Shown here: positions 58,201 to 64,000 of the stretch, in pieces | How the letters are laid out: every line of letters starts with the position of its first letter | Position numbering within the stretch: position 1 is the stretch's first letter | Position numbers and translations under genes: made by a program | Virus record (IMG/VR): IMGVR_UViG_3300037307_000307 | Reading direction: 5' to 3' (one strand) | Origin: a virus | Taxonomy: Duplodnaviria; Heunggongvirae; Uroviricota; Caudoviricetes | Length of the DNA: 64,000 nucleotides | Notes under the pieces: generated by a model | What the model was told of the DNA's origin: nothing | Seen by the model: the letters and a program-made list of their open reading frames with translations, nothing else | Database searches by the model: none

Positions 58201-61200
58201 ATAGCAGATGGGTTCGATATCGATATCGTTCTATATCTTTCCCAAGCTGTTTGAGATGGAGTTATTGTTTCTATTGTAGAAGGAGAAGTTGCGTCAATGA
58301 ATGTTCCGTTATAATTTACTAAACCATAACCACTATTATATAACATTGTGACCTCACTACCATTAAGAGCTCTGTTCCATATTCCAAGCTCATCAATTGT
58401 TTCGTTTTGAACTATTGCAGTATTAAAGCCATCATAATTTAAGAAAATCTTATTTACTGCAGTGTCATATGTGTGAGTGAAGTTTCCAAATACAGCACCA
58501 TCAACATACCATACGCTAAAGGTTCCATTATAAGTTATAACATGGTGATGCCAATTAGTATCCATGGTTGGACCAAACCAATCATTTCCACCGCCAAATC
58601 CTTGCATGAACCATTTATTTGTTGTCCAGTCGCTTGTCAAAGACCACATATAATTATTAGTTCCGGTTGTACCCATAGAAACTGCATACATACCAGGAAT
58701 ACTTGTTCCCGGAGACCTTACCCAAACGCTTAATGTTCTTGGAGCGCTCCCATTTATTGCATTGTTTGAAGTAGAGTTGAACCATGTTGTCTCAAAAGCC
58801 ATTCTATTAGTACCACCAATACCTCCAGAAATATATCTATATGTATTTGTACCATTTATAAAATCGTTTCCGCTCCATACATCTTGAAGATTATTATTGA
58901 AGCCGTAATAATAAAGAAGCCCGGCATTCAATCCAGATAATTCTCCTATTGTGTATGAACTAAAACCTGGAACAGAGAATGAAACATTTCCACTTCTTAA
59001 ATCAGTTAATGGAACACACACAACCGGTGGACAGACTTGACCATTTCTAAATATACCAGGATAAGTAAAGTTAGTTGGAACATTTAATAATGTAACTTGA
59101 GCGGGAACATTGAATTCTGGATTTGATGTTGTATTTACGAATATAAAGTTATTTGATGTTACTAAGACTTCTGATACATTTGCGAAGATTTCAACTGGGG
59201 TTGTAAAATTAACAATTACTTCTGAAGTTACAAATTCTTTAACTTGCATCGGCATTTTAAAACTTACAGAAGTTAAATTAAAGTTTCCGGCAGTGTCATT
59301 TGCATATGCATTAAGAGTATTTCCGTTTTCATTGAATTCTACAAGTGTTGGATTAACATAGGTTATATTCGTTCCATTGTAATTATACCAAACATTATCT
59401 CCGTTTGAAGTTATATTTAACAATTGTGTTCTATTCGTATAATTCTGTCCATTCACTGGATGATTTATTTGAATATTTGGAGCAATTGTATCAACTGTAA
59501 ATGTAACATTTGTTGTGCTAACTCCAGCACTATTATTTGCATATGCTACTATTGTATTCAATCCTTCTACAAATGTAATATTAAGAGGAGTCGTATAAGT
59601 ATTATTTGCTCCACCATTAATACTATACCATTTATAATCTCCGTTAGAAGTTAATTGAAATAGTATATTAGCGAAATTGTAGAAAATGCTTAATGGTGAG
59701 TCTATTGATATTGTTGGAACTGATGGAACATAAGTAGTATTTACAATGAAATTAACGCTTGTAGTATTTAAATTACCAACAGTATCATTTGCGTAAGCAT
59801 GAAGAGTGTAGCTACCATCACTCAAATTTAGATATGGACTAATAACTTGTTCTGTATTTTCTGTAATGAATGCGCCCGCTATGAAACTTCCAATTACAGA
59901 ATTCATATTGAAACTATATCCTGAATAATTATAGAATCCTACACCATCATAATCATATCTATAGATATAACCATCATCAGTTCCCATCCATAAACTTCCA
60001 TTATAATAATCAATACTTGTTTGCCAACCAGAACCTTCATTAACTATAACAGAATTTATTACAGAATAATCGTTTCCATTAACTTCTATTATTCTTGTAG
60101 TGTAGTCACTTGTAAATACACCAACAGTGTAGAATCTATTATTTGAAGGATTGTATGTTAAAGGAAGTAGTGAACCAATTGGACCGCCAGAATTAAGAAC
60201 TTTAAAATCTATATAAGTTCCATTTTCATCATATCTATATATTCCTGATGAACCTACGATATTGAAAATTCCATCTTTAACTGCTATTCCTCTAGGATTA
60301 TTAAATTGAGATGTTGTGCTAAAGTTGAATCCTGTATAAGTTCCATTTAAGTAATAACCATAAATCATATTTGTTTGCCATTCACTCATGTAAAGTATTT
60401 TTTCTCCGGTATGATTGCTCATAAATATTCCATCCATACTTCCTTGTGCTGATGTACTGAAACTAAATCCAGTTTCTGAAAAGTTAGTATAAAGTTTCTT
60501 TACCAAACTTCCTGCTGGTGGATATCTAACTGCATAGAAGTAAGTCTCCGCTGGTATAACAGTATTGCCATAAGTAATGTTAGTTCCATTATAATTATAC
60601 CAAATATTATCTCCATCACTTGAGATATTGATTAATATCAAAGAATTATTATAACTTGTATTTGTTGGGCTAATTATATCTATATTTGGTGGAGTTGTAT
60701 CTGTAACATTAATATTAAATGTAACGTAAGTTGAATTAATATTTCCTGGATAATCTTGTGAATATACATTTAAAGTATTATTTCCACTTGGGAAATCTAC
60801 ATATTCATTTTGATAGCCAGTTCCGCCTATATTAGCAAATGTGAAATCGGTAATCGTGGTTGCAGGTGTAGCAACACTTATATTTCCGGCATATTGATAG
60901 AAAGTGCCATTAAAATCATATTTATGCAAAATCTCAGTACTTACAATTACATATAAGGAATTATTATAATAATGCATGTTAGTGGAAGTTCCTTGTGTTG
61001 GAGTTTCATTTCCTGTGAAATATATAGGAACAGTTGGTCCAGAATCATTTATATCAAAAGAATATTGTTTTATATAGCCTCCAGTTGTAGTCGAATTTAA
61101 TACATATATATAACCATCATCTCCTAAAGTTGCTTTTCTAATTATCGAATTATCGGTTAGAGTTGTTGTAAGAGTTTTTAGATAAGCTAAACCATCATAA

Positions 61201-62846
61201 GAACGGGTATAAACATATATATTTTTATTAGTACTAGAAGTATCTGTTACTAAGAATCCAAGATTTTCATTATAATCTAAAGAAAATGGATTAGTTGTTT
61301 GTGAAGCTATGGACCATGACCTTCCAGTTTGAGTTCCATTTACATAAAATTCTTTAATAACATCTGTTGTTGTACCAGTCATATATAGTCTTGGTTCGCC
61401 AAAAATATCTCTAAAAATATTAGAGTAAGCCAATCCTTGAGATGCGCCATCCCATGATAAAATACTGGAAACTGTTGATTCATAAGTTCCGTTGGTATAG
61501 AGTCTGTAAAGATTGTCTGTTTGTGCACTTATTATATACATATAATCTAGAGGTTTTTCATAATAAGTAACATTTGTTCCATTGTAATTATAAGTCACTC
61601 TAAATGTATTGTCGGTTGAAATATTAATCAATTGAGTTGAGTTAGAATAAATTGCATTTTGTGGGCTAAATATTTGTACTAATGGAGAAACTGTATCTAT
61701 AAAAACAGTAACATTTGCGTAAGCTATATTTCCAAGAGTATCAGTTGCATTTATATAAACAGTATTTACACCTTCACTGCCTACTAAATAACCAGGACCA
61801 GAATAATAAGAAATAGATGAAACTATATCTCCAGTTGAATTTACAACCATTGCTTTTATATCTGTTTCATTAACACCAGAATCATCTGTTACATTTATAT
61901 CGAGATATATTTTAGGCACTCCTAAATCTTGATAAGTAATTTCATTTAAATATTGAAAGGATGGAACTGGAGATGTTATATTTATAGTTGGCGGAATAGT
62001 TTCAGTTCCAATATCTATATCTCCAACCCAACCACTTCCAACAGTATATCCAGGTAAAGTTGTATTAACGTCAAAATAGTCTTCTGAACTTCCTGTATAT
62101 GCATTCACGAATCCAGCTCCATTATCTCTATAAATAAAGACTCTTCTATTTGTTCCAGAACCCATAACGTAAATATCTCCTGATGTTCCATTATTATAAT
62201 AAGAAACCATTCTTGCATTTCCTTCTTGTGCTCCTATTGAAAGTGTATTGAGTTGAGTTGTGTAAGTATTATCACTCCATTGAACAATTGTATCAAGAGG
62301 AGCAACAGCAGGAGAGATTGTATATCTTTCTGGATAAATAGGTGGAGTTCCACCTATTGGAAATGGTGAACCTCCACCAACAAAAGAACCTGTTCCTATA
62401 AAAGTAGGAGAAGAAGTTGAATAATTCCAATAATAAACTGTATTATTTCCTAAACTTATTTCTATACTATCAGTTGGACTAATTAGATTATCTATATAAA
62501 ATCCTCTTATAGATAAAGTTCCAGCATATGGAGTCATATTTAAAACCCAACCTGTAGGAGTTCCATTCAAATAATATTCATAAATAGATTTTGTATTTCC
62601 ACCAACATAAATTCTATCTTCTCCAGAAATATCAGAAACTCCAACTGCTTGACAAGTAGGTTCTTGTCCTACTATTGAAAAAGAAGAAACTTGAGTTTGA
62701 GAATTCCAATCTATAATATTTACTGTATCTGATACACCTGAACAAAGAACTAAATGTTGAGATGGAGCTGCACTTACAAATCCTAAAGAGAGAATAAAAG
62801 TTATCGCTATTAGAATGAATAGATTCAATTGTTTAAATTTAGCCAT
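43206..62846 (-). CDS. giant (6546 aa) secreted surface protein: signal peptide, many LamG/ConA-like lectin modules, embedded mini-intein, parallel beta-helix region, C-terminal double TM anchor
   Basis: SD AAAGGAGAAAA upstream; SP ...SLGFVSA|AP; recurrent ...DE(L/V)G(I/V)WNR.LS.SE...LYNSG LamG signature (at least 8 times); beta-helix GVTIDCKGHSITTGANGISIA...NCNVYTSTSNGTGVRITGG; C-terminal LILMAMILLIGLAASTGFFIV + IWNTIFLVLFLVLG. Confidence 0.75.
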   Translation of the reverse strand: MAKFKQLNLFILIAITFILSLGFVSAAPSQHLVLCSGVSDTVNIIDWNSQTQVSSFSIVGQEPTCQAVGVSDISGEDRIYVGGNTKSIYEYYLNGTPTGWVLNMTPYAGTLSIRGFYIDNLISPTDSIEISLGNNTVYYWNYSTSSPTFIGTGSFVGGGSPFPIGGTPPIYPERYTISPAVAPLDTIVQWSDNTYTTQLNTLSIGAQEGNARMVSYYNNGTSGDIYVMGSGTNRRVFIYRDNGAGFVNAYTGSSEDYFDVNTTLPGYTVGSGWVGDIDIGTETIPPTINITSPVPSFQYLNEITYQDLGVPKIYLDINVTDDSGVNETDIKAMVVNSTGDIVSSISYYSGPGYLVGSEGVNTVYINATDTLGNIAYANVTVFIDTVSPLVQIFSPQNAIYSNSTQLINISTDNTFRVTYNYNGTNVTYYEKPLDYMYIISAQTDNLYRLYTNGTYESTVSSILSWDGASQGLAYSNIFRDIFGEPRLYMTGTTTDVIKEFYVNGTQTGRSWSIASQTTNPFSLDYNENLGFLVTDTSSTNKNIYVYTRSYDGLAYLKTLTTTLTDNSIIRKATLGDDGYIYVLNSTTTGGYIKQYSFDINDSGPTVPIYFTGNETPTQGTSTNMHYYNNSLYVIVSTEILHKYDFNGTFYQYAGNISVATPATTITDFTFANIGGTGYQNEYVDFPSGNNTLNVYSQDYPGNINSTYVTFNINVTDTTPPNIDIISPTNTSYNNSLILINISSDGDNIWYNYNGTNITYGNTVIPAETYFYAVRYPPAGSLVKKLYTNFSETGFSFSTSAQGSMDGIFMSNHTGEKILYMSEWQTNMIYGYYLNGTYTGFNFSTTSQFNNPRGIAVKDGIFNIVGSSGIYRYDENGTYIDFKVLNSGGPIGSLLPLTYNPSNNRFYTVGVFTSDYTTRIIEVNGNDYSVINSVIVNEGSGWQTSIDYYNGSLWMGTDDGYIYRYDYDGVGFYNYSGYSFNMNSVIGSFIAGAFITENTEQVISPYLNLSDGSYTLHAYANDTVGNLNTTSVNFIVNTTYVPSVPTISIDSPLSIFYNFANILFQLTSNGDYKWYSINGGANNTYTTPLNITFVEGLNTIVAYANNSAGVSTTNVTFTVDTIAPNIQINHPVNGQNYTNRTQLLNITSNGDNVWYNYNGTNITYVNPTLVEFNENGNTLNAYANDTAGNFNLTSVSFKMPMQVKEFVTSEVIVNFTTPVEIFANVSEVLVTSNNFIFVNTTSNPEFNVPAQVTLLNVPTNFTYPGIFRNGQVCPPVVCVPLTDLRSGNVSFSVPGFSSYTIGELSGLNAGLLYYYGFNNNLQDVWSGNDFINGTNTYRYISGGIGGTNRMAFETTWFNSTSNNAINGSAPRTLSVWVRSPGTSIPGMYAVSMGTTGTNNYMWSLTSDWTTNKWFMQGFGGGNDWFGPTMDTNWHHHVITYNGTFSVWYVDGAVFGNFTHTYDTAVNKIFLNYDGFNTAIVQNETIDELGIWNRALNGSEVTMLYNSGYGLVNYNGTFIDATSPSTIETITPSQTAWERYRTISISNPSAISYITIPYYSGMASNFGDVRFVNSGTLTQIANRTINSTKDWGRVISWPTANLSESYYSGLILANATGAAVNYTLTYSLQNVNGSIPSVTFLTNGIAPYTYGWNITWEFTDSTSSSNQTTTYTDSTLRTLTLTNPSPNKNVTRMLMRAYGANQDVAYLYNVTFGIYNGYNSSSVPTVQLPYYLESYNSTEAKFRVLTNYDNQIRMWYDGPTNVTTSSLSSIYGNNIYSTYTLEEYNSTTSLSIGAGNNLTSLTGNFTTGKIGDAYNPNNENKALGIYGGNLTGTHSVSMWFKNQNNSNWGANYYRMFAASSAWEAGGWGITTQGDSGSTLFYTAFFGGSAPTYGNINDGRFHNVIVSVNYTSSKYQVFLDGVQVGTDLNTGSSDATKQFYLFGAGGSLNLPYNTSLIDDVMLFNSSISLAQAQVINSITTPTISIGSEVYTNASLPNYTATPIVITNVSIRNETGNYVNFSASVSNDVGLSNATLNINRLTQGACYQETANVSTACGGLNTGVYSANITTNTSNSYDGNYNTFAIFNGDTSKYYYVNYTLPVGVQNTSNILQWKTDQGIRNDTIPVACIQGKTKLQLKIASETWSAGCFPNGLVTMGDGTYKEISEIEIGDEVLSWDEETNQNVVNVVTYVEELTTNPTVSDPIFHINGNLNVTPNHWVFVDGKWIQVADLKVGDYMIDSTFNGVLVTSITYDIPTNAVPIYSFEVNNTHTYYVNGYLVHNSGGGGGDFILGTQAIGGGLLARCWDGSSFIEINRVSTSDYLYDEAIYWNLGNSTYVNVYTNTLDLNGLITTTVSVPVALVDGIYNWFWSLFGINNQQVVTPLNEFDLQATYPQISFVGGTPTNGENYSNNPIYFEIDTDQYADNLSVYVYGDVTIPVQTNLTTSIVAYWNFDNSSTGGLDVVRGVLNATLTGTGNTSDTGKIGGGWSTDGGAGNYVATTIPAGYMNLSNWDGFTLNFWLREDTNCGASCNTNHWYATGKTTVFNYLDDLGGGQRAWGWDTSANLISAGGDLPVGEWHMISATWNKTHLTAYVDGNYVGNAAASSSPDYSTLQVMLLAQLQGGTSESADEYGIWNKSLSASEISQLYNSGNGLAYSDMYDYTTVIGLINSTTITPVVGTNYINLGVPSDGSYSFNASATNGGGLTNWTETRNIVVDTQAPVINSFTPQESNYRTKYKTVSGITSTYVVLNVTYDSDMQTDFDDVLFRTTSGTNLGYARISYVSGSSAIFRVNANGQTTIRMYYGNSNATYTGNVSQVYGVPVLAFWTFDEPNGGNLTDYSGNGINFTNMGNIPYNTGRIGKAANITSNPSQYYQNNQIPQFVFGKSNWTMTGWIKTIDTNSHWITNRQDGSGSGEATLAFPIGNNNGGSPGKLGFYKTSPLADFTTISLATNNWLQLTAVKQGTNMYIYINGTLDKVTAISDNDYGSTSWDWQIAGADLGTGEYLGQLDDMMVITTALTSTQAAQMYNITDTGYAFGNETSSVGVTYIQNSTTNFTVNTTDNLGIKNATLTIIANNNQSNNFINYSNWSLSGWLYRKPVYVEGGAETLNNFTVYLNISYSSGMQADFDDLRFYNGCYAGATALSYELDNRVNSSYAGVWVKVPTLTTGTNTLCMYYGNSTATSGSDPVNAWDGNYTIVMHFNEVNVSAGNYLINSKDGTNFLQLYGTPTRVSGRLGNAINLSTSSYALGSGAGYDIPNTWTTETSIYPNGASGANRMFFSKLSGRGVSNYGFSTGQGPSANQFACFFGNSVWNSQMWMNDSTSQWNVQNCYSINGVVDSTFGFTNLIATGIRTGSGGSGGSISQSGSWALSYYDGTQYWGNAVYDEVRMSNVQRSSAWLNRSYEDLRVNNTIYSFGTEEVGNVYRNTTTYSPGVVTTIVSIPVGLLDGIYTWFWSIFDWTDNQAEFNNQTLYVDTTAPTISFVSPTTSTGYQNTTTILANVSVSDAIGPMNVTIHLDGATSSQIVSTIINATSGYYYANFSTLNPGVYSLYANVSDMYYTNSTEVRTIRIDIVSPVISSSSPSSNWFNSGWSKRKEITVTTLDTEYIVNQSIYLNVAYDSDMQSDFDDLRFTDINNNELGYWFYNNTYIANNSVNVYVKLPQGLNSTTSRTIYMYYGNSTVTTTSNINNAFIFADDFNTAINWTSKWQSTNQGLYSTAGGILTASGTSTSSQLICTNMSFSNGYVLESRDYQTFVGGGDSFYHLPATPTPTYSGPFMDINSGAYRLDFYGGGTTFGGTPLYSTYQIWNMKIPSSGIGNVNFSVWNDGKNGTRFSAVNTGTMFGYSGYVCFLSYQASQVGKMDWMFVREYSTSEPTTTFGSESIYSNNIYTNTSLTNFSINAYDNNPSLASLKTDLRYYYTFNDNLVDSVSGNNLTNFTSANNVQYISGGIGGTKRVNLTDTGLVSFSNTGISGSGERTLSFWSQVRETSVYKVMAQLGYQSGNNAFSTTVNNNQWLLQGNVGGNDYQFGTSNTNWNHHVITYNTTTALWYINGVLTGTFVHAYATTDTPISINHNYYLPSPNINNLTMDELGVWNRSLSSSEVSLLYNSGNGIYYSNDNFVDSYSSGLSNATLTISGTTTTGTAYTNTTTTSLGGVLQTVVSIPVTLADGVYNWFWRLFDLSGNQASTQNSTLVTDTVTPIVTLVSPNYQDEYINATSCTAVSLAAPGYPCYYGNDNNFSTWIQSNAESFGPTDYYNFTLTDLTSNNFTNYFFIGGGNQYVRTGCYNYTSGSYIQIAEINTVGQGSMNVTYTLPSQCRVNNQASIYVSLYGYSAHRLYEIQWSSLVPQTSGLNVSSRSINTSAIINEVNPVSITYNLYNNNYSYSNTTSISNYTGRFQTYQTLTAPTDGTYYYNATVVDAVGHIGYSDNIQVTIDTANPNITVLSPNNETVSLFSDGFIRYYTLDSYNNTESLYGVHNLYSGPGMSLVPGKFGNAYNFTLNTNSYAIDLNGQSDLPLGTSNRTISYWVYHTTSPNNYGIPLFFGDNGYGGASTWRMRYLSSPNMGFSGDSADWDNVFTVPNGQWVMITLTYDGTALRYYMNNQSYGPHTVALNTIEGDACFMLGGENSACGDGAKSAFSAFNGAIDNVAIWNRTLSLSEINTLYNNGTGLSLEPSITISNSTNYNYSNQTFIADITDNLGIQNTTLTINSSTNQSFSYTNTTTYSPGTLTSTVSIPLVLADGVYNWFWKAYDWAANLLSTQSYETLIDTTTPLISFVSPTYDSGVNISSLTFPIGLNITETNPVSLTLNIYNSTWTNSTTYNITTLNPASVWNSLSLYYNGNDSLEMVNRIYNLSTSYGSPSYTATGAKLGKSMIFTSADGLSIADGAPTIELTGSTTSVNFWFKSDLSQGNNQLLTKYDGGGNGYYIEVTNTGFLEFAYFNNGGGDCSWPAGSVTANNWTMVTLVKNGTTTNTYRNGQYMSTCTGTLASTTAALYLARNTFGSYLVGGIDELGFWNRLLTASEIQSLYNSNVGTTYSAGLALPSSMTAPASGRYYYNATTTDLVGHFNTTESRLITLDIVNPNATIIAPNNISTTSRIELWNATSTNYTGRIDNTPQYAFDGDWSTAAWTGAAHASINANFYENYTLSNYNSSTVNVTFKVAMSNFQSNQNISVYTYNYSDSTWTKLYCLGYTGQGCTDTFGVGGSQTLTRTVVVPTTSINNGVVSVRTEFMRPTGSGYNLYYYEGNLSYTTLPYQTIINNTYLDSENQTFILNATDNIALRNATLYISSNIVLGVNVTTATISLPLNGTNTIGDPLYKGFRFIPARNMTLTNVTLMTGDTSSECRVNNDSNNILNSSSVSGGVANFDYNLTSGVPYRIVCGGGGATMGYNPATFTGLNTSYGNITNQIYSGGIQDVGHRTVQSITIKEYGTLYYTNSTTVDLGALVTTVVSIPVSLADGVYSWFWRVYDWANNLFTTDTYTTTIDTVNGTIFIDYPNYVDYTYIPTQLNATIYDVNPANLTLNMYGVTNRTIFLANLTWYNSTYLAFNPLNGTVRISNLAAEQGTNTWRLVYTDLANRISEGEVVFFVDSVVPTISFIPNSDGDLSYQNRSYIVYNVTTYDANLKNLSIIAYNVTGAAVASSYPVTSGSNFTIAGTLSGLSDGNHTIVATSCDNYNWCTNTSRLIFIDLITPVISFTNPTPAANNLTTAYDYTALWANVTVQDTYPNLTILNIGNNGYSNTQNFVLGYLFYSPTATSGWTVNNGMTYDGQSGIYYPGNTTTYATLNATLSSTANYTAYSNYTVSGYTGTNDEIRMHLVGGQSVSGPGGSGSGGISSVVIVNQSCINLTSKTMEFKYLMQFTSPGSVNYRLECKNKATSQWIDTGYLSQSFFPGGLNYGQLTLNDEYVTIGAPTVSSFYNWTGLADGEYNITALAYDKVGRISSQISRVIHITGNAPINMTYTSPTPEDAGGVTTNYIPINVSLSEPNIKNITIRLYGTQNYTATSGSYVQNFYNAFTVPDGTYTYNATAWDIYDHRTDLPTRLVYKEYGAGNTSICKELSFPGTYSLIRDLNKSTGVCLDVKTSGVTIDCKGHSITTGANGISIATSYPNTQIINCNVYTSTSNGTGVRITGGNTNIRNSWIDGFYGIFLQHGSLTMSNDTIANNVYGLYMTSESTLTVINETGRVNSSNPYRLAMSNAYHFRNPVILSVYNSTGSLIGTGNYTVTSNGTILNTTSQTYNNVKISYTYQMDASNTFANLNNVLFSSNTYGIYQNHTGPAPGGSSGSQVWGPSGSTYTNVNFTGTTTDIITLLYSDYNKFTTIGSTTGGEVRYSNSSNNYMSSSALGTGGVVLTSSSKQNTFHDTTYSGTESVDSSSVLYRSWTTTITTRDNQGNTVGGSTVHINDGSNKTVYTNPSGSVVTPVNQYVNNGTVTVFNPYEIFGVLTDYGNSIFTDTQITTVDDQTQVDLTFAQQVRSTLLSRQVGLILMAMILLIGLAASTGFFIVKMRNGESVADIWKYFIIMMIWNTIFLVLFLVLGRYVMQFFYP
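56013..56414 (-). mobile_element. 134-aa mini-intein / Hint domain inside the giant protein (aa 2145-2278)
   Basis: Starts CFPNGLVTMGDGTYKEISEIEIGDEVLS (block A C...D), NVTPNHWV (TxxH block B), ends VPIYSFEVNNTHTYYVNGYLVHN|S (blocks F/G with HN and +1 Ser); no endonuclease domain. Confidence 0.6.
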
Positions 62847-62891
62847 AATTACTAGTAGTTTTTCTCCTTTTTAAATATGGTTCAAGTCTTA

Positions 62892-63101
62892 TTATTTGAT
62901 AGATTTTGCTGCTGCGCCTAGCAACATTCCTCCAACGAGAAGTCTTGCTCCACTTTTGAATATTCTTTTATTAGATGCTGGTTTTATTCTAAAACCTTTT
63001 GTCTTAGTTCTAGTCACCTTTGGTAGCATTCTCGTCGATTCTAAAGCTAGAGCAGTGGCTCCGATTCCGATTGCTGTACCTACTATTGGTTTAATGTCCA
63101 T
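62892..63101 (-). CDS. small membrane protein
   Basis: IVGTAIGIGATALAL and LLVGGMLLGAAA helices. Confidence 0.4.
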   Translation of the reverse strand: MDIKPIVGTAIGIGATALALESTRMLPKVTRTKTKGFRIKPASNKRIFKSGARLLVGGMLLGAAAKSIK

Positions 63102-63117
63102 TTGTATTCACCTCCTT

Positions 63118-63289
63118 TTAGTATTTTGTTTTTAATTTTTTTAAACTTGCAAGCTCTTTTGATTTCCCTAATTTTAAACACTTTGTTTTACTCATTTTTA
63201 ATTGAGGGGATTTACCAAGAACTTTAACTTTACTATCTAGAAATTTACTTTTTCCTTCTAACAATTTTGTCTTGTTCATTTCAAAATAC
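63118..63289 (-). CDS. small Lys-rich protein (53 aa, not in track)
   Basis: MNKTKLLEGKSKFLDSKVKVLGKSPQLKMSKTKCLKLGKSKELASLKKLKTKY; clean frame between neighbours. Confidence 0.3.
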
Positions 63290-63512
63290 CTCCTTTTCGA
63301 TTATATCGTGTATTCGTCTTTTTCAAATGTTTAAAATACTCAACTTGCCGCTCTCGTGCTTTTACGGCCTTTAAAGAATGATATGTACCGAGATTTCTAT
63401 GAGTAGTCTTACTATACAATCTCCAAGTTTGTTTTCCGATTTTTCTTATAACCATATTGATATCCTCCCTTTCGTGGATTAATGTGTTTATTTCTTTGCA
63501 ACAACTCTCCAT
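63276..63512 (-). CDS. hypothetical basic protein
   Basis: 78-aa ORF. Confidence 0.35.
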   Translation of the reverse strand: MESCCKEINTLIHEREDINMVIRKIGKQTWRLYSKTTHRNLGTYHSLKAVKARERQVEYFKHLKKTNTRYNRKGGILK

Positions 63513-63637
63513 GACTGAACTCCACTAGGAGCTTTTGTCACAGCAAATCGTCTTCCTTTTTTAACTACAAATTTATAATCTCCCGAAGTAAATTTCTTCT
63601 TAGACTTTAAATCGTAGAAAGATAATTTCTCTGCCAT
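63488..63637 (-). CDS. small basic protein (49 aa, not in track), possible DNA-binding; resembles ORF 1449..1571
   Basis: MAEKLSFYDLKSKKKFTSGDYKFVVKKGRRFAVTKAPSGVQSWRVVAKK; overlaps 63276..63512 by 25 nt in another frame. Confidence 0.3.
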   Translation of the reverse strand: MAEKLSFYDLKSKKKFTSGDYKFVVKKGRRFAVTKAPSGVQSWRVVAKK

Positions 63638-63665
63638 TATTCCACCTCCCTTATATATTGATTAT

Positions 63666-63980
63666 TCATAGGTAATTATTTTTGCTATTACGCATCCTCC
63701 TATTTTTCTCCAATTGTTTTTTCTCCCAATTCACTGGAGGAAGAGGATAAGTCATTGTAGAAACATAACATCCTTTCTTATCTTTACTAATATCTCTATT
63801 TTCATCTTTTGCTGGATTTAATAAGTTTGGAGAAGTTCTTCTAGGTCTCAAAACTTCCTCTTGGCTTTGATAAGTTGGATAGCCTTCAGGTCTACTAACA
63901 TTCATTGGTTTCTTTTTAGGCGGAGCTATAAAACTCATTGCTGCTGATTTCATATAATCCATTATTCCCACGTTATTCAC
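63666..63980 (-). CDS. hypothetical protein
   Basis: 104-aa ORF, Pro/Arg-rich. Confidence 0.35.
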   Translation of the reverse strand: MNNVGIMDYMKSAAMSFIAPPKKKPMNVSRPEGYPTYQSQEEVLRPRRTSPNLLNPAKDENRDISKDKKGCYVSTMTYPLPPVNWEKKQLEKNRRMRNSKNNYL

Positions 63981-64000
63981 TCTCCATATGTAATTTATTA

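Noticed and set aside
43455-59654. Short plus-strand ORFs antisense to the 6546-aa gene (43455, 44745, 49851, 55355, 57087, 58473, 59110, 59424) and minus ORFs 52901, 56444
   Set aside because: They are embedded in, or antisense to, a continuous 19.6-kb reading frame with strong coding signature. Their Cys/Ser/Ile-rich low-complexity composition is an antisense artefact.
1-64000. rRNA genes, transposases/IS elements, integrase, capsid/terminase genes
   Set aside because: None were recognisable by motif inspection in this window. Their absence is not evidence they are absent from the element.

Overview
This is an AT-rich (about 30% GC), densely packed, phage- or plasmid-like region of a prokaryotic genome. 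Genes are mostly short, start/stop-coupled (ATGA/TAATG overlaps) and led by Shine-Dalgarno motifs; three large divergent insertions carry minus-strand genes. I can support a replication module (a large zinc-binding primase/helicase-like protein, then a family-B DNA polymerase with all exo and pol motifs), a DnaQ-like DEDDh exonuclease, an Hjc-type Holliday-junction resolvase, at least four HNH nucleases, an SPFH/band-7 module, three tRNAs (Tyr, Pro, Gln), one clean intrinsic terminator, and many tiny CxxC zinc-ribbon and membrane proteins. Two giant secreted proteins dominate the minus strand: 1777 aa with about 35 tandem 22-aa NLTYY repeats, and 6546 aa with LamG/ConA-like modules, a parallel beta-helix and a C-terminal membrane anchor. 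Both are saturated with N-x-S/T sequons. The most unusual items are listed next. (1) A family of GC- and G-rich islands, each a 5' TCATATTCAyTTGG box, then a 50-125 nt GG-periodic C-poor body, then a GGAAAGGCAAGG 3' end. It occurs as 5 dispersed copies abutting or overlapping gene starts in the first 3.2 kb, and as a tandem array of about 8 units at 25.0-25.8 kb that has no precedent I recognise. (2) A diadenylate-cyclase (DAC/DisA_N, c-di-AMP synthase) gene interrupted exactly at its catalytic GTRH|xAA motif by a LAGLIDADG-containing intein. (3) A 134-aa mini-intein (C...TxxH...VHN|S) embedded in the 6546-aa surface protein. (4) A clustered CATGCGC inverted-iteron set inside the replication gene, with a matching palindrome in the tRNA/control region. 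(5) A 460-bp palindrome-rich origin-like region. (6) A probable -1 frameshift (A7 slippery run) fusing a zinc ribbon to the Hjc resolvase. The sequon density, the intein in a metabolic enzyme, the Hjc and leaderless-looking TATA-spaced starts suggest an archaeal host or virus. A low-GC bacterial phage cannot be excluded from sequence alone.
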